Origin: Verrucomicrobiia bacterium
Lineage (GTDB): Bacteria; Verrucomicrobiota; Verrucomicrobiia; Limisphaerales; UBA11358
DNA length: 53,224 nt
Assembly (NCBI GenBank): GCA_036510395.1
Contig: DATCDZ010000063.1
Location: 1 to 53,224, forward strand
Direction of reading: 5' to 3'
The notes under the pieces: model-generated
Told to the model about the DNA's origin: nothing
The model's database searches: none
What the model saw: the letters and a program-made list of their open reading frames with translations, nothing else
Program-made: the position numbers and the translations under genes
Shown: in pieces, positions 1 through 8,737 of the stretch
Numbering within the stretch: the stretch's first letter is position 1
How the letters are laid out: every line of letters starts with the position of its first letter

Positions 1-1925
1 GCCTGCGCGATGGCTTCGGGTGACCACGGCTGCCAGTCAATTCCGCCCGACGGTTCCGCCAAACTCGTCGTGTCCGTCTCGTCAATCATCTCGCGCCAAT
101 GCAATTTGTCTTCAAGCGCATAAACATAACCGCCGGCCAGCAAAATTAAAATAATCGTGAACGCAATTCCTTTTCGTTTGCGACCTCGCTGGACAAACTC
201 GCCGAAAATCCAAGCGGCAAACGCGAGAACGACCAAAAAAACTCCGAGCCAAAAAACGCGCGATCCATAATCGCTTGTGGCGACGCTGAACAGCCACACA
301 ACCGTCGCGAGCATTGGGAAACCCATAGCGATCTTGAATTTTTCCATCCACGCGCCGGGCTTCGGCAGAAATTTAAGCCATGCCGGATTCCAGCTTAACA
401 AAACGTAAGGCGACGCGAGGCCGAGTCCGACGGTGAGAAAAATTGAAACAATAGTAAATGCCGTTTGCGAAAAAGCGAAGCCGAGCGCCGGCGCGAGAAA
501 CGGCGCGGTGCAGGGCGTCGCCAAAGTCGTGGCGAGAACGCCGTTGAAAAATGCGCCGCTCGCGCCGTGCCGCGCCGCGAGATTTCCGGCGGCGTCCAAA
601 GTGCGTCCGCCCAGCGTGGCTTCAAACACGCCGAACAGGTTCAGCGCGACGAGTGTGACAAGCGTGGTGAGGCAGACGAGGAAAACCGGACTGCCGAACT
701 GCATTCCCCAGCCGGCCTGATGTCCGGCGGCTTCGACGCCGATAACGATTGCGGCGAGAACCAGAAATGAAAACAAAACTCCGACGGCATAAATCCCGCC
801 GAGCGCGCGGACGCGGCGCGGCGAACTTCTGGCCTCGCTGACGAAGCCGAGGATTTTCAGCGCGATGACCGGCAGCACGCACGGCATGATGTTCAAAATC
901 AATCCGCCGATGAAGGCGTAGAGCAGCATCAAAGGTAGGACGGGCGTCGCGCCTGTCTCCGCATTTTTTTCAATCAAATTAGAGACAGGCGCGACGCCTG
1001 TCCTACTCTCTGATGACGAATCCGGTGCGGAAGTTGTTTCTCCAACTGAAGATTGGCCGACAACAGGCAAGTTGACTTCAATATTTTCGTGTCCGATGCT
1101 GCCTTCCAATGTGACGATACCGGAAATCTCTTTTGGCCAGTTGCCCGAAAATTTTTTGACGATTTTCCGAAGACAAAAAAGAGCATTTGTGTTCGGAACT
1201 TTTTCGGTTGCGGCTTGGATTTCAAAATTGTCGCTCGCGTCAGGAAAAAAATCTGCCGTATCAATTCTAACTATTTTTGTTTGCCGCAGCACAGTTCCTT
1301 CAATTATCAACGAACGGACATCGCCACCGGCTTGTTTTTCCCATTGCGCGCGGATTGCCCAATTTTCATCACGTCGAGGAATTTTGCTTTTCCACGATTC
1401 AATCGTCGCAGCATCCGCAGAATTTTTCGCCTCGTTGCCGATTTTTAATTTCGCTTCGACATCTTGATTGGCCGGAATGCAAACGTCCTTGCATTCGAGC
1501 CAGGAAACATTTGCTTTCAAATCAATTTCGCCGGACGGCAAATTCGACGCAAGCGTCAATGGCACGATCAGCATGACTTCGTTTGTGTAGCCGTAAGTGG
1601 TGACTTCGATGGGCGGGAATTTTTCCGGCAGTGGCCATTGGATTTCGTCGGCGGAAATTCCCGGCGGAAGTTGCCATTTGATTTCAGTCGCCATTCCAGC
1701 CGCGCCGGGATTTTTCCAGTAAGTGTGCCAGCCGGGTTCCATCTTCAAATCCACGCCGGCGTAAATCGTGTCGCCGGGCTTCGCGGTGTCGGCGGATAAA
1801 AGCAATTTCACCTGCGTGTGGTGCGCGGACGAAAAGCCGCCGCCGATGGACGGCAATGCCGGTTGCGCCCGTGAAGAAATCGCGAGACAAAGGCAGGCTG
1901 AAAAAAGGAAAACGATGCGTCGCAC
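1..1925 (-). CDS. dsbD: DsbD-like thiol:disulfide interchange protein (periplasmic DsbD-alpha domain plus CcdA/DsbD membrane core); the 3' end lies beyond the window edge
   Basis: I checked every codon of this minus-strand frame: it is open from position 1 up to an in-frame stop at 1962-1964, and the first start is GTG at 1925. It is absent from the ORF track because it has no stop in the window. It has a signal peptide (RRIVFLFSACLCLAISS), the DsbD N-domain motifs 'GWHTYWKNPG' and 'WLECKDVCIP', then the membrane-core motifs 'LNIMPCVLPV' and 'LATPCTAPFL'. Confidence 0.8.
   Translation of the reverse strand, partial: MRRIVFLFSACLCLAISSRAQPALPSIGGGFSSAHHTQVKLLLSADTAKPGDTIYAGVDLKMEPGWHTYWKNPGAAGMATEIKWQLPPGISADEIQWPLPEKFPPIEVTTYGYTNEVMLIVPLTLASNLPSGEIDLKANVSWLECKDVCIPANQDVEAKLKIGNEAKNSADAATIESWKSKIPRRDENWAIRAQWEKQAGGDVRSLIIEGTVLRQTKIVRIDTADFFPDASDNFEIQAATEKVPNTNALFCLRKIVKKFSGNWPKEISGIVTLEGSIGHENIEVNLPVVGQSSVGETTSAPDSSSESRTGVAPVSNLIEKNAETGATPVLPLMLLYAFIGGLILNIMPCVLPVIALKILGFVSEARSSPRRVRALGGIYAVGVLFSFLVLAAIVIGVEAAGHQAGWGMQFGSPVFLVCLTTLVTLVALNLFGVFEATLGGRTLDAAGNLAARHGASGAFFNGVLATTLATPCTAPFLAPALGFAFSQTAFTIVSIFLTVGLGLASPYVLLSWNPAWLKFLPKPGAWMEKFKIAMGFPMLATVVWLFSVATSDYGSRVFWLGVFLVVLAFAAWIFGEFVQRGRKRKGIAFTIILILLAGGYVYALEDKLHWREMIDETDTTSLAEPSGGIDWQPWSPEAIAQ
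935..1006. repeat. Family A palindromic element, copy 1 (25-bp arms GTAGGACRGGCGTCGCGCCTGTCTC, 22-nt loop), inside the dsbD reading frame
   Basis: The left arm (935-959) and right arm (982-1006) are reverse complements with one mismatch. A near-identical copy sits at 42211-42280. Confidence 0.9.
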
Positions 1926-1966
1926 GCTTATTAGATGCCAGATTTGCGCGGACGTTTGAAGTTATT

Positions 1967-3997
1967 TCAGTAAGAAGACGTTTTCAAATTCCAATTGTTC
2001 AACAAATCGGCGGGAATTTCCGACAGGAAGCGCGATGGCGATTGAAAGGCATCGTTGCCGGAATTTCCGTAGCCGCTGCGAATCAGCGGATAACTTAAAT
2101 ACAATTCGTTTTTCGCGCGCGTGATGGAAACATAAAACAGTCGCCGTTCTTCTTTCTCGCCGTCGGTGCTGTCCATCGAGCGCGCGGACGGAAACATCCC
2201 GTCGCACAACATGATGACGAACACGACCTCGAACTCCAGGCCTTTCGCCTGATGGATGGTCGAGAGCCGGATTTTTTCCGAATCATCTTTTGGATCGTCC
2301 TCGGCCTCGACATTGGTGAGCAGCGCGAGTTGCGTCAGAAAATCCTCGACGCTGCCGAATTGAAACGCGAACTCCGCCAGTTGCTGCAATTCCTCGATTC
2401 GCCGCGCGTAATTGTCGTAGGTCTCCTTCAGATAATCGTCGTAGCCCGCGTCAATTACGAGCCGCAGCATTTTTGCCGCACTCTTGCGGACGGTTTCGTC
2501 TTCAAGCTGGGCGATCGTCGCGGTGAATTGCGCCCACGCCAGCGTCGCTTTTTTTGGAACGCTCGCGATGGAATCCTGCAACGCGACGGCCAGCGGCGTT
2601 TTGGATTTTGGCGTTTGGATCTCGATTTGAAACGACCGCCATAATTTCTCCGCCGCCTTCGCGCCGACGCCCGGCAGCAATTGCGCCAGCCGCTTGAACG
2701 CGATTTCGTCGCGCGGGTTCGCGATGAATTTCAGAAACGCCGTCGCGTCCTTGATGTGCGCCTGCTCGAAAAAGCGGATGCCGCTAGTGATGGAGAACGG
2801 GATTTGCCGTTTCGTCAGTTCAAGCTGCAATTCCAGCGCGTGAAAATGCGAGCGATACAGCACGGCAACCTGGTTCATGCTCACGCCTTCTTCATGCAAT
2901 TCCAAAACGCGCTGCGCGATAAACGCCGATTGTTGCGCCGCGTCGGTGCAGGCGATGAGCGCTGGCTTCAAACCGGATTTGCGCGACGGCGCGAGTTCTT
3001 TCGCAAATTGATTTACGTTCGCGGAAATCGCGGCGTTGGCGACTTTCAGAATTTCCGGCGTGCTGCGGTAATTGGTTTCGATCTTGAAAACTTTCGCGTT
3101 CGGATAACGCTTGGGAAATTCCAGGATGTTCAAAAAATTCGCGCCGCGCCACGCGTAGATGCTCTGCGCGTCGTCGCCAACGACGGTGACGTTTTTCGTC
3201 CGTGCGGCGAGCAGGTCAATCAGGTCGCCCTGCAACTTGTTCGTGTCCTGATATTCGTCCACGAGGATGAATTGAAATCGCCGCTGATAATGTTCGCGCA
3301 CGTCGGCGTTTTCCTGAAGCAGTTTCAGCCACAGCGCGAGCAGGTCGTCGAAGTCCATGCCGTTCGTCGCGCGCTTGCGTTTGACGTAAAGTTGAAACAA
3401 GCGCGAAATATCCTCGTCGAGTTTATTTTCACCTTCGTATTTTTCGAGCAAGTATCCGTATTGCTCATCCAAAATTTGTTCAACGGTCTTGTGCGTGTTG
3501 ACCGCGAGCGAAAAAATCTCGTTGAGGACTTCGGGTTTCGGAAAATGTGTGCCTTTCGTCTCGATGCCCGCGTCGGCGACGCACGCCTTGATCAAATCCT
3601 TCGCGTCATCGCGGTCGAGGATTGTGAAATCGCGGTGATAACCCAGCGCGTCCGCATGCGAGCGCAAAATCCGCGCGCCGATGGAATGAAATGTGCCGCC
3701 CCAAAGATCGCGCAGCTCGCGTCCGATCAAATCCGAGACGCGCCGCATCATTTCCCCGGCGGCCTTGTTCGTGAACGTGAGCAGCAAAATGCGGTCGGGC
3801 GGAATTCCCTGTTCCAAAAGATAGGCGACGCGGTAGGTGAGCGTGCGCGTCTTGCCCGAACCCGCGCCGGCGATGACGAGCGCCGGGCCGGGTGGCGCGG
3901 TGACGGCGGCGAGTTGCTGCGGATTGAGTTCGCGCGCGTAGTCAATCTGCAGATGAACTGCGGAGTGATACGGCTCAAGAACGTAGTCGCGCGACAT
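1967..3997 (-). CDS. uvrD: UvrD/PcrA-family ATP-dependent DNA helicase
   Basis: Superfamily-1 helicase motifs are present: 'AGAGSGKT', 'LLLTFTNKAAGEM', 'VDEYQDTN', 'VGDDAQSIYAWRGA', 'TIHQAKGLEF'. The ATG at 3997 (MSRDY...) is preferred over the TTG at 4006 used by the track. Confidence 0.92.
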   Translation of the reverse strand: MSRDYVLEPYHSAVHLQIDYARELNPQQLAAVTAPPGPALVIAGAGSGKTRTLTYRVAYLLEQGIPPDRILLLTFTNKAAGEMMRRVSDLIGRELRDLWGGTFHSIGARILRSHADALGYHRDFTILDRDDAKDLIKACVADAGIETKGTHFPKPEVLNEIFSLAVNTHKTVEQILDEQYGYLLEKYEGENKLDEDISRLFQLYVKRKRATNGMDFDDLLALWLKLLQENADVREHYQRRFQFILVDEYQDTNKLQGDLIDLLAARTKNVTVVGDDAQSIYAWRGANFLNILEFPKRYPNAKVFKIETNYRSTPEILKVANAAISANVNQFAKELAPSRKSGLKPALIACTDAAQQSAFIAQRVLELHEEGVSMNQVAVLYRSHFHALELQLELTKRQIPFSITSGIRFFEQAHIKDATAFLKFIANPRDEIAFKRLAQLLPGVGAKAAEKLWRSFQIEIQTPKSKTPLAVALQDSIASVPKKATLAWAQFTATIAQLEDETVRKSAAKMLRLVIDAGYDDYLKETYDNYARRIEELQQLAEFAFQFGSVEDFLTQLALLTNVEAEDDPKDDSEKIRLSTIHQAKGLEFEVVFVIMLCDGMFPSARSMDSTDGEKEERRLFYVSITRAKNELYLSYPLIRSGYGNSGNDAFQSPSRFLSEIPADLLNNWNLKTSSY

Positions 3998-4416
3998 GAA
4001 ACACAATTCAAAGCCGAAACGGGCGATGGCAAAAGGAAAAACTTAAACGAACTTGGAAAGCATGAAATGAGGAAAATCCGTTCCTCGGTTCCTGGCCTCA
4101 TTATTCAATCAACCGGACGTTGTCGCCCTAACCGTCTTGAAATGTGGGCGGAATTTTTCCATCCTGCGCCGTAACCCTGGCCGGCACAATTGCAATCTCA
4201 ACGGCGAATGGAAATGAAACGGCCAAAATCACACGTTAAACATGAGATGGCACGCCAAACCCGTCGCTTCCGCATTTAGATTATGCCGATGGATAATTTT
4301 GTTTCGATTTATCCTAATAAACCGGGAACTCGCGTGTCATACCAGTGAACACGATGTCCTTTGGGACGGCACGCCGGAAAATTTGACCCCGGCCTGACTG
4401 TGAAGGCAAGCCGGAC

Positions 4417-4983
4417 ATGGCCGTGATGCGACCAGACCAAGCCAGCGCGGAAACGCCCAGGTGGGAAACGATCGAGGAGCTGTTCACGGCTCTGGAGGCT
4501 CCGCTGTTGAGTTATGGCCTGCGGCTGACCGGCGAAATCGGCCTCGCGGAGGACGTGGTTCAGGAAGCGTTCATGAAACTTCATTTGCAATTCAAGGAAG
4601 TCCGCGAGCCGCGACGCTGGCTCTACCGCACCGTCCACAACCTCGCGCTTAACCAGCGCCGCCGCACCGCAAAAATCGTCTCGTTCAATTCATCCTCGTC
4701 CGTTGGAAATGAAAATTCTCCCGTCACCGCCGACACCGCCGATCCCGCGCCGCTGCCCGACGAACAAATCTCCCGCATGGAAGGCATCGGCCTCGTGCGC
4801 TTGAGTTTGGGAACGCTTGACGACCGCAGCCGCGAATTGATCCGTTTGAAATTCAACGACGAACTTTCCTACCGTGACATCAGCGCGCGCACTGGAATTT
4901 CCATCAGCAACGTCGGCTACATTTTGCACAACGCGCTGAAAACCATCGGCGATGAACTCGCCAGAACGGGAGTTGTGCCATGA
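4417..4983 (+). CDS. ECF-type RNA polymerase sigma factor (sigma-70 regions 2 and 4)
   Basis: 188 aa. Region 2-like 'EDVVQEAFMKLH...RRWLYRTVHNLALNQRR'. Region 4 HTH 'LIRLKFNDELSYRDISARTGISISNVGYILHNALKTI'. An anti-sigma-like gene follows. Confidence 0.85.
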   Translation: MAVMRPDQASAETPRWETIEELFTALEAPLLSYGLRLTGEIGLAEDVVQEAFMKLHLQFKEVREPRRWLYRTVHNLALNQRRRTAKIVSFNSSSSVGNENSPVTADTADPAPLPDEQISRMEGIGLVRLSLGTLDDRSRELIRLKFNDELSYRDISARTGISISNVGYILHNALKTIGDELARTGVVP

Positions 4984-5007
4984 ATTTTAACTTTCAAATC
5001 CAAAACA

Positions 5008-5080
5008 GTGATCATCCTCGTCCTCATCCTTCATCCTCAATTTTTTCTGTTTCGATCACGAGGATGAGGATGACGAGGAA
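5008..5080. repeat. Family F imperfect hairpin built of TCCTCR / YGAGGA units, in the sigma/anti-sigma spacer
   Basis: 'GATCATCCTCGTCCTCATCCTTCATCCTC' (5010-5038) faces 'GATCACGAGGATGAGGATGACGAGGAA' (5054-5080). The arms are complementary with one indel. Confidence 0.7.
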
Positions 5081-5095
5081 AACCCAGCCTGTGCC

Positions 5096-8000
5096 ATGAA
5101 CCCCGAAAAACCATCACGCGAAGAAATCAAGGCGAAGCTGACCGTGCTGCTGCTGGGCGAACTGCCGGCGGAAGAGGCGCAGTTGCTGCGCTGGGCGATT
5201 TCGCAGGATGCCGCGCTCGGCCAATTGCACGACCGGCTGAAGCTCACGGTTGGTTTCGTGCGCGAAGTTGCCGCGCATCCGGCGGAAGCAGTGCCGGCGC
5301 AGACCGAGCCGCTCAAACTTTCCGGCGAAAAGCGGGAAAAATTGCTCGCGCATTTCAAGACGGTTCGTCCGATTATATTTCTGCCGCCGCTACCGCCGAA
5401 ACGCCGTCAATTCATCTCGCTCTTGGAAATCGCGGCGGTGTTGACGATTGTCGCGGTGCTGGCGGCGATGCTGCTGCCGGCTTTGAGTTCGGCCAAACGC
5501 AAGGCACAAAATATTTCCGCCATGAATCTGGCAAAAGAGCGGGCACTGCAAAATCAAGAAGATCAAAATTCCATGTCAGTGCTTCGGGCAAAAGCAGCGG
5601 CAAACACATTGGATTTGGCAATTCCAAAAACTTCATTTGCTGCGACTGCAACTCCGCCGTCGGCTTCACCGTCCGACGAATCGGAACGCCGTGTGGCTGG
5701 ACTCGAAGCGCATTTTCAAAACGCCAATCCATCCGGGGCGCAGGGAGCGTTGACGCAAAATGTTGGAGACGCCTGGAAAAACCAGACGAAAATCGTTCTG
5801 CCCGCAGGCGGAAATGAAGATAAAGGACTGGCCGCAGCGAGTCCGGCTCCGCCCGAACTTTCAAGCATGGATTTTTCCGGTGGTGCCGTGGCGAGCGACC
5901 GAAATGCTTATGCCGTGCATCTGGATTTTGCCAGTCCTACAGAAGTGACGGAGGCATTGCAGAAAACATTTCCAAGCGGCAACAACTCGCCCGGCGGTGT
6001 ATCGCAGCCACAATCCGACGTGTTGATAACCCGCCAGCAGCAAATGAATTCCTCCAGTTCTTCGTCCACTGCTTCAGGCAACGCAAACGGAAATTCCGGT
6101 GGCAACCCGTTTACGGCACGTTTTGGCGAGCTTGATGGAAATGGCGGCGCACGCGGTGGCGCAGGTGCCGGAGGATTTGGCGGCGGCGGACGCGGTGGCA
6201 GTTCTGCTGGTCCAGTTGGCAACTGGCAAACTAGATCAACTGTAACTTTTTCTCCGTCGCCGGTGGAAAAGCTGAGAATCTCCGGTTCGGCGCGCGAACT
6301 GGAGAACTCAACTCTTTCAGGAGAAGTTGCAGTGAATGACACCGGCGCGCAACCGTCTGACGACAACGGTCGATTTTACGCAAGCACGAAGTCCTATTCC
6401 GATGCCGACCAAAAATCGAAAGAGCCGATGCTCGGTGACTCACCCGCAGCGGGCAGACTTTTTCAAAACGGTCCGGCAAACAAGGGCTTTTACGACGACA
6501 ATTATTCCACAACAGCCAACAGGCCGGCTCCTGGGGTTGGCGGCAGCAGTCCTTCGCTCACCGTGCCGGCTTCGGCGGCCAATCCTTTGAGTGCGTTTCC
6601 GGGGAACACGGCAAGCGGCGGCGGCGCTTCTTCGGACTCGGATCAGTTTATCACCAGCGGACTGCGCAATTCCCCTGAACGCGCTCCTGTTTTTGACACC
6701 ACCGCTGGCACGCGAGTTTTAGGAGATAATACCATCACTTACAACTACGGGAACCTTGTTGGCACATCCAAAATTGACACCGGCAAATTTTATTCCGGCC
6801 AGACGATGGACGTTGCCAGAGGCCAGCTATATTTGATGGCCACCAACAAATTTGAAAACAACGGAACGATTGCGACAACGGATGCCGGCACATTGGTTCA
6901 GGATGGAAAATTGCTTTACGAAGCGGGCAACGTTGACGAATCCGAAGCCAAAGTGCGGCAGGCTTTGAAAAAGGATCCGAACAACGAAGCTGCATTTTAT
7001 TATTTGAATCTGGACGAGCAGGCGCGTTTCGACCGCGATAAGCGTGCGCAGCAAACCGCTTCGCAAGCCGCATTGATGCCACCGCCGCCGGTTGCTCAAA
7101 ATTCCATTCAGGCGCGATTGACGGACGTTGGTGCTCAAAATCAAGCGGTTGCTTCGTCCGCTGCCGCGCCAACCGTTTCGCCATTACCAGTCGCAGCCAC
7201 GCCGCCGCCGGTTGTTGGTGAACCAAAGGCAAAACTCGGAATTGATCTCCAAGGTGGCACTACTGTTACAGTCAATTTGGATCGCACTGCAAATTTACCC
7301 GCGTCCGCGTCAGCCGAAGACCGTCCGCTTCCCAAAACACCTTCGCCCGCGCCGATTCCGCAGCCGGAATTTTTGACGGGCGACAATGCGTTCTCCACCT
7401 TTTCGCTCAATGTCAGCGATGTGTCGTTCAAGCTCGCGGCGGCGAGTTTGCAAAAGAACGTCATGCCGGACGCGGCGTCCATCCGCAGCGAGGAATTCAT
7501 CAACGCCTTCGATTACCGCGATCCCGAACCGGCGGCCGGCGTGCCGGTGGCGTTCGTCTCGGAACGGGCGCGCGACCCGTTTGCGCATAATCGCGATATG
7601 CTCCGTTTTTCCATCAAGACCGCCGCCGCCGGCCGTGAGGCCGGTCGTCCGTTGAACATCGTTTTGCTCCTCGACAATTCCGGCTCGATGGAGCGCGCCG
7701 ACCGCGTGGCGATCATCCACGAGGCGTTGAAGGTGCTGGCGTCGGAGCTTCAGCCGCAGGACACGTTGAGCATCGTCACCTTCGCGCGCACGGCGCGGTT
7801 GTGGGTGGACGGCGCGCGCGGCGACCAGGCGGGCACGGCGGTCAATCAAGTCAGCGATCTCACTCCCCAGGGCGGCACGAACTTGGAAGAGGCGATGAAT
7901 CTTGCCTACGCAACCGCCCGCCGCCATTACCTCGCCAATGGAGTGAACCGCGTCGTCCTGCTTACCGACGGCGCGGCCAATTTGGGAAACGTAAATCCCG

Positions 8001-8725
8001 ATGCGTTGAAACAAAAAGTCGAGTCGTTCCGCAAACAGGGCATCGCGCTCGACTGCTTCGGCATCGGCTGGGAAGGCTACAACGACGATCTGCTCGAAGT
8101 GCTTTCGAGCAATGGCGACGGCCGTTACGGTTTCATCAACACGCCAGAAGCGGCGGCGACGGAATTTGCCGCGCAGCTCGCGGGCGCGTTGCACGTCGCG
8201 GCGGAGGACGTGAAGGTGCAGGTGGAATTCAATCCGCAGCGCGTGATTTCGTGGCGGCAGATCGGCTACGCGAAGCATCAATTGACGAAGGAACAGTTCC
8301 GCGACAACACCGTGGCCGCCGCGCCGATGGCCGCGCGCGAGGCGGGCAACGCGCTTTACACCGTCGAAATAAATCCGCAGGGCGAAGGGCCGGTGGCGAC
8401 CGTGCGCGTGCGTTTTCGGATTCCCGGCACGACGGACGTGAGCGAGCACGAATGGGAAGTGCCGTTCGACGGCACTGCGCCCGCGCTCGAAAAATCCAGC
8501 CCCGCGATGCGCCTCGCCGCCACTGCCAGCGCGTTTTCCGAATGGCTCGCAGCGAGTCCGTATGCGCAGGAGGTGACGACCGACCAGTTGCTGAATTATC
8601 TGAACGGCGTGCCGCAAATTTACGGAGCCGACCCGCGCCCGAAACAACTGGAGACGATGATCCGCGAGGCGCAGAGCATTGCGGGCCAACCGAGCCGGCC
8701 GAATCGGTCGAGTGGAGGATTTTGA
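5096..8725 (+). CDS. Anti-sigma-like N-domain, pilin-like membrane helix, long low-complexity region, TPR, and YfbK-type von Willebrand A domain fusion protein
   Basis: 1209 aa. The N-terminus 'KLTVLLLGELPAEEAQLLRWAI' resembles anti-sigma N-domains. Residues 105-138 'QFISLLEIAAVLTIVAVLAAMLLPALSSAKRKAQ' form the membrane helix. The C-terminus carries 'FSTFSLNVSDVSF...SEEFINAFDY', the vWA MIDAS motif 'LLLDNSGSM', 'GGTNLEEAM', 'VVLLTDGAANLG', and a DUF3520-like 'VKVQVEFNPQRVISWRQIGY'. Confidence 0.75.
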   Translation: MNPEKPSREEIKAKLTVLLLGELPAEEAQLLRWAISQDAALGQLHDRLKLTVGFVREVAAHPAEAVPAQTEPLKLSGEKREKLLAHFKTVRPIIFLPPLPPKRRQFISLLEIAAVLTIVAVLAAMLLPALSSAKRKAQNISAMNLAKERALQNQEDQNSMSVLRAKAAANTLDLAIPKTSFAATATPPSASPSDESERRVAGLEAHFQNANPSGAQGALTQNVGDAWKNQTKIVLPAGGNEDKGLAAASPAPPELSSMDFSGGAVASDRNAYAVHLDFASPTEVTEALQKTFPSGNNSPGGVSQPQSDVLITRQQQMNSSSSSSTASGNANGNSGGNPFTARFGELDGNGGARGGAGAGGFGGGGRGGSSAGPVGNWQTRSTVTFSPSPVEKLRISGSARELENSTLSGEVAVNDTGAQPSDDNGRFYASTKSYSDADQKSKEPMLGDSPAAGRLFQNGPANKGFYDDNYSTTANRPAPGVGGSSPSLTVPASAANPLSAFPGNTASGGGASSDSDQFITSGLRNSPERAPVFDTTAGTRVLGDNTITYNYGNLVGTSKIDTGKFYSGQTMDVARGQLYLMATNKFENNGTIATTDAGTLVQDGKLLYEAGNVDESEAKVRQALKKDPNNEAAFYYLNLDEQARFDRDKRAQQTASQAALMPPPPVAQNSIQARLTDVGAQNQAVASSAAAPTVSPLPVAATPPPVVGEPKAKLGIDLQGGTTVTVNLDRTANLPASASAEDRPLPKTPSPAPIPQPEFLTGDNAFSTFSLNVSDVSFKLAAASLQKNVMPDAASIRSEEFINAFDYRDPEPAAGVPVAFVSERARDPFAHNRDMLRFSIKTAAAGREAGRPLNIVLLLDNSGSMERADRVAIIHEALKVLASELQPQDTLSIVTFARTARLWVDGARGDQAGTAVNQVSDLTPQGGTNLEEAMNLAYATARRHYLANGVNRVVLLTDGAANLGNVNPDALKQKVESFRKQGIALDCFGIGWEGYNDDLLEVLSSNGDGRYGFINTPEAAATEFAAQLAGALHVAAEDVKVQVEFNPQRVISWRQIGYAKHQLTKEQFRDNTVAAAPMAAREAGNALYTVEINPQGEGPVATVRVRFRIPGTTDVSEHEWEVPFDGTAPALEKSSPAMRLAATASAFSEWLAASPYAQEVTTDQLLNYLNGVPQIYGADPRPKQLETMIREAQSIAGQPSRPNRSSGGF

Positions 8726-8737
8726 ACTCAAAATTGT

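Noticed and set aside
2681-4174. 497-aa plus-strand ORF opposite the helicase gene
   Set aside because: It lies antisense to a gene with clear UvrD/PcrA motifs. Its translation is Arg/Ala/Val-rich low-complexity sequence, typical of shadow ORFs in GC-rich DNA, and it has no recognisable motif.
4325-4360. GGAAC motif upstream of the first ECF sigma gene as an autoregulated ECF promoter
   Set aside because: GGAACT is present at 4325-4330, but no convincing -10 element (CGT/TCNAA type) lies at the expected 16-17 nt spacing. The evidence is too weak to call.
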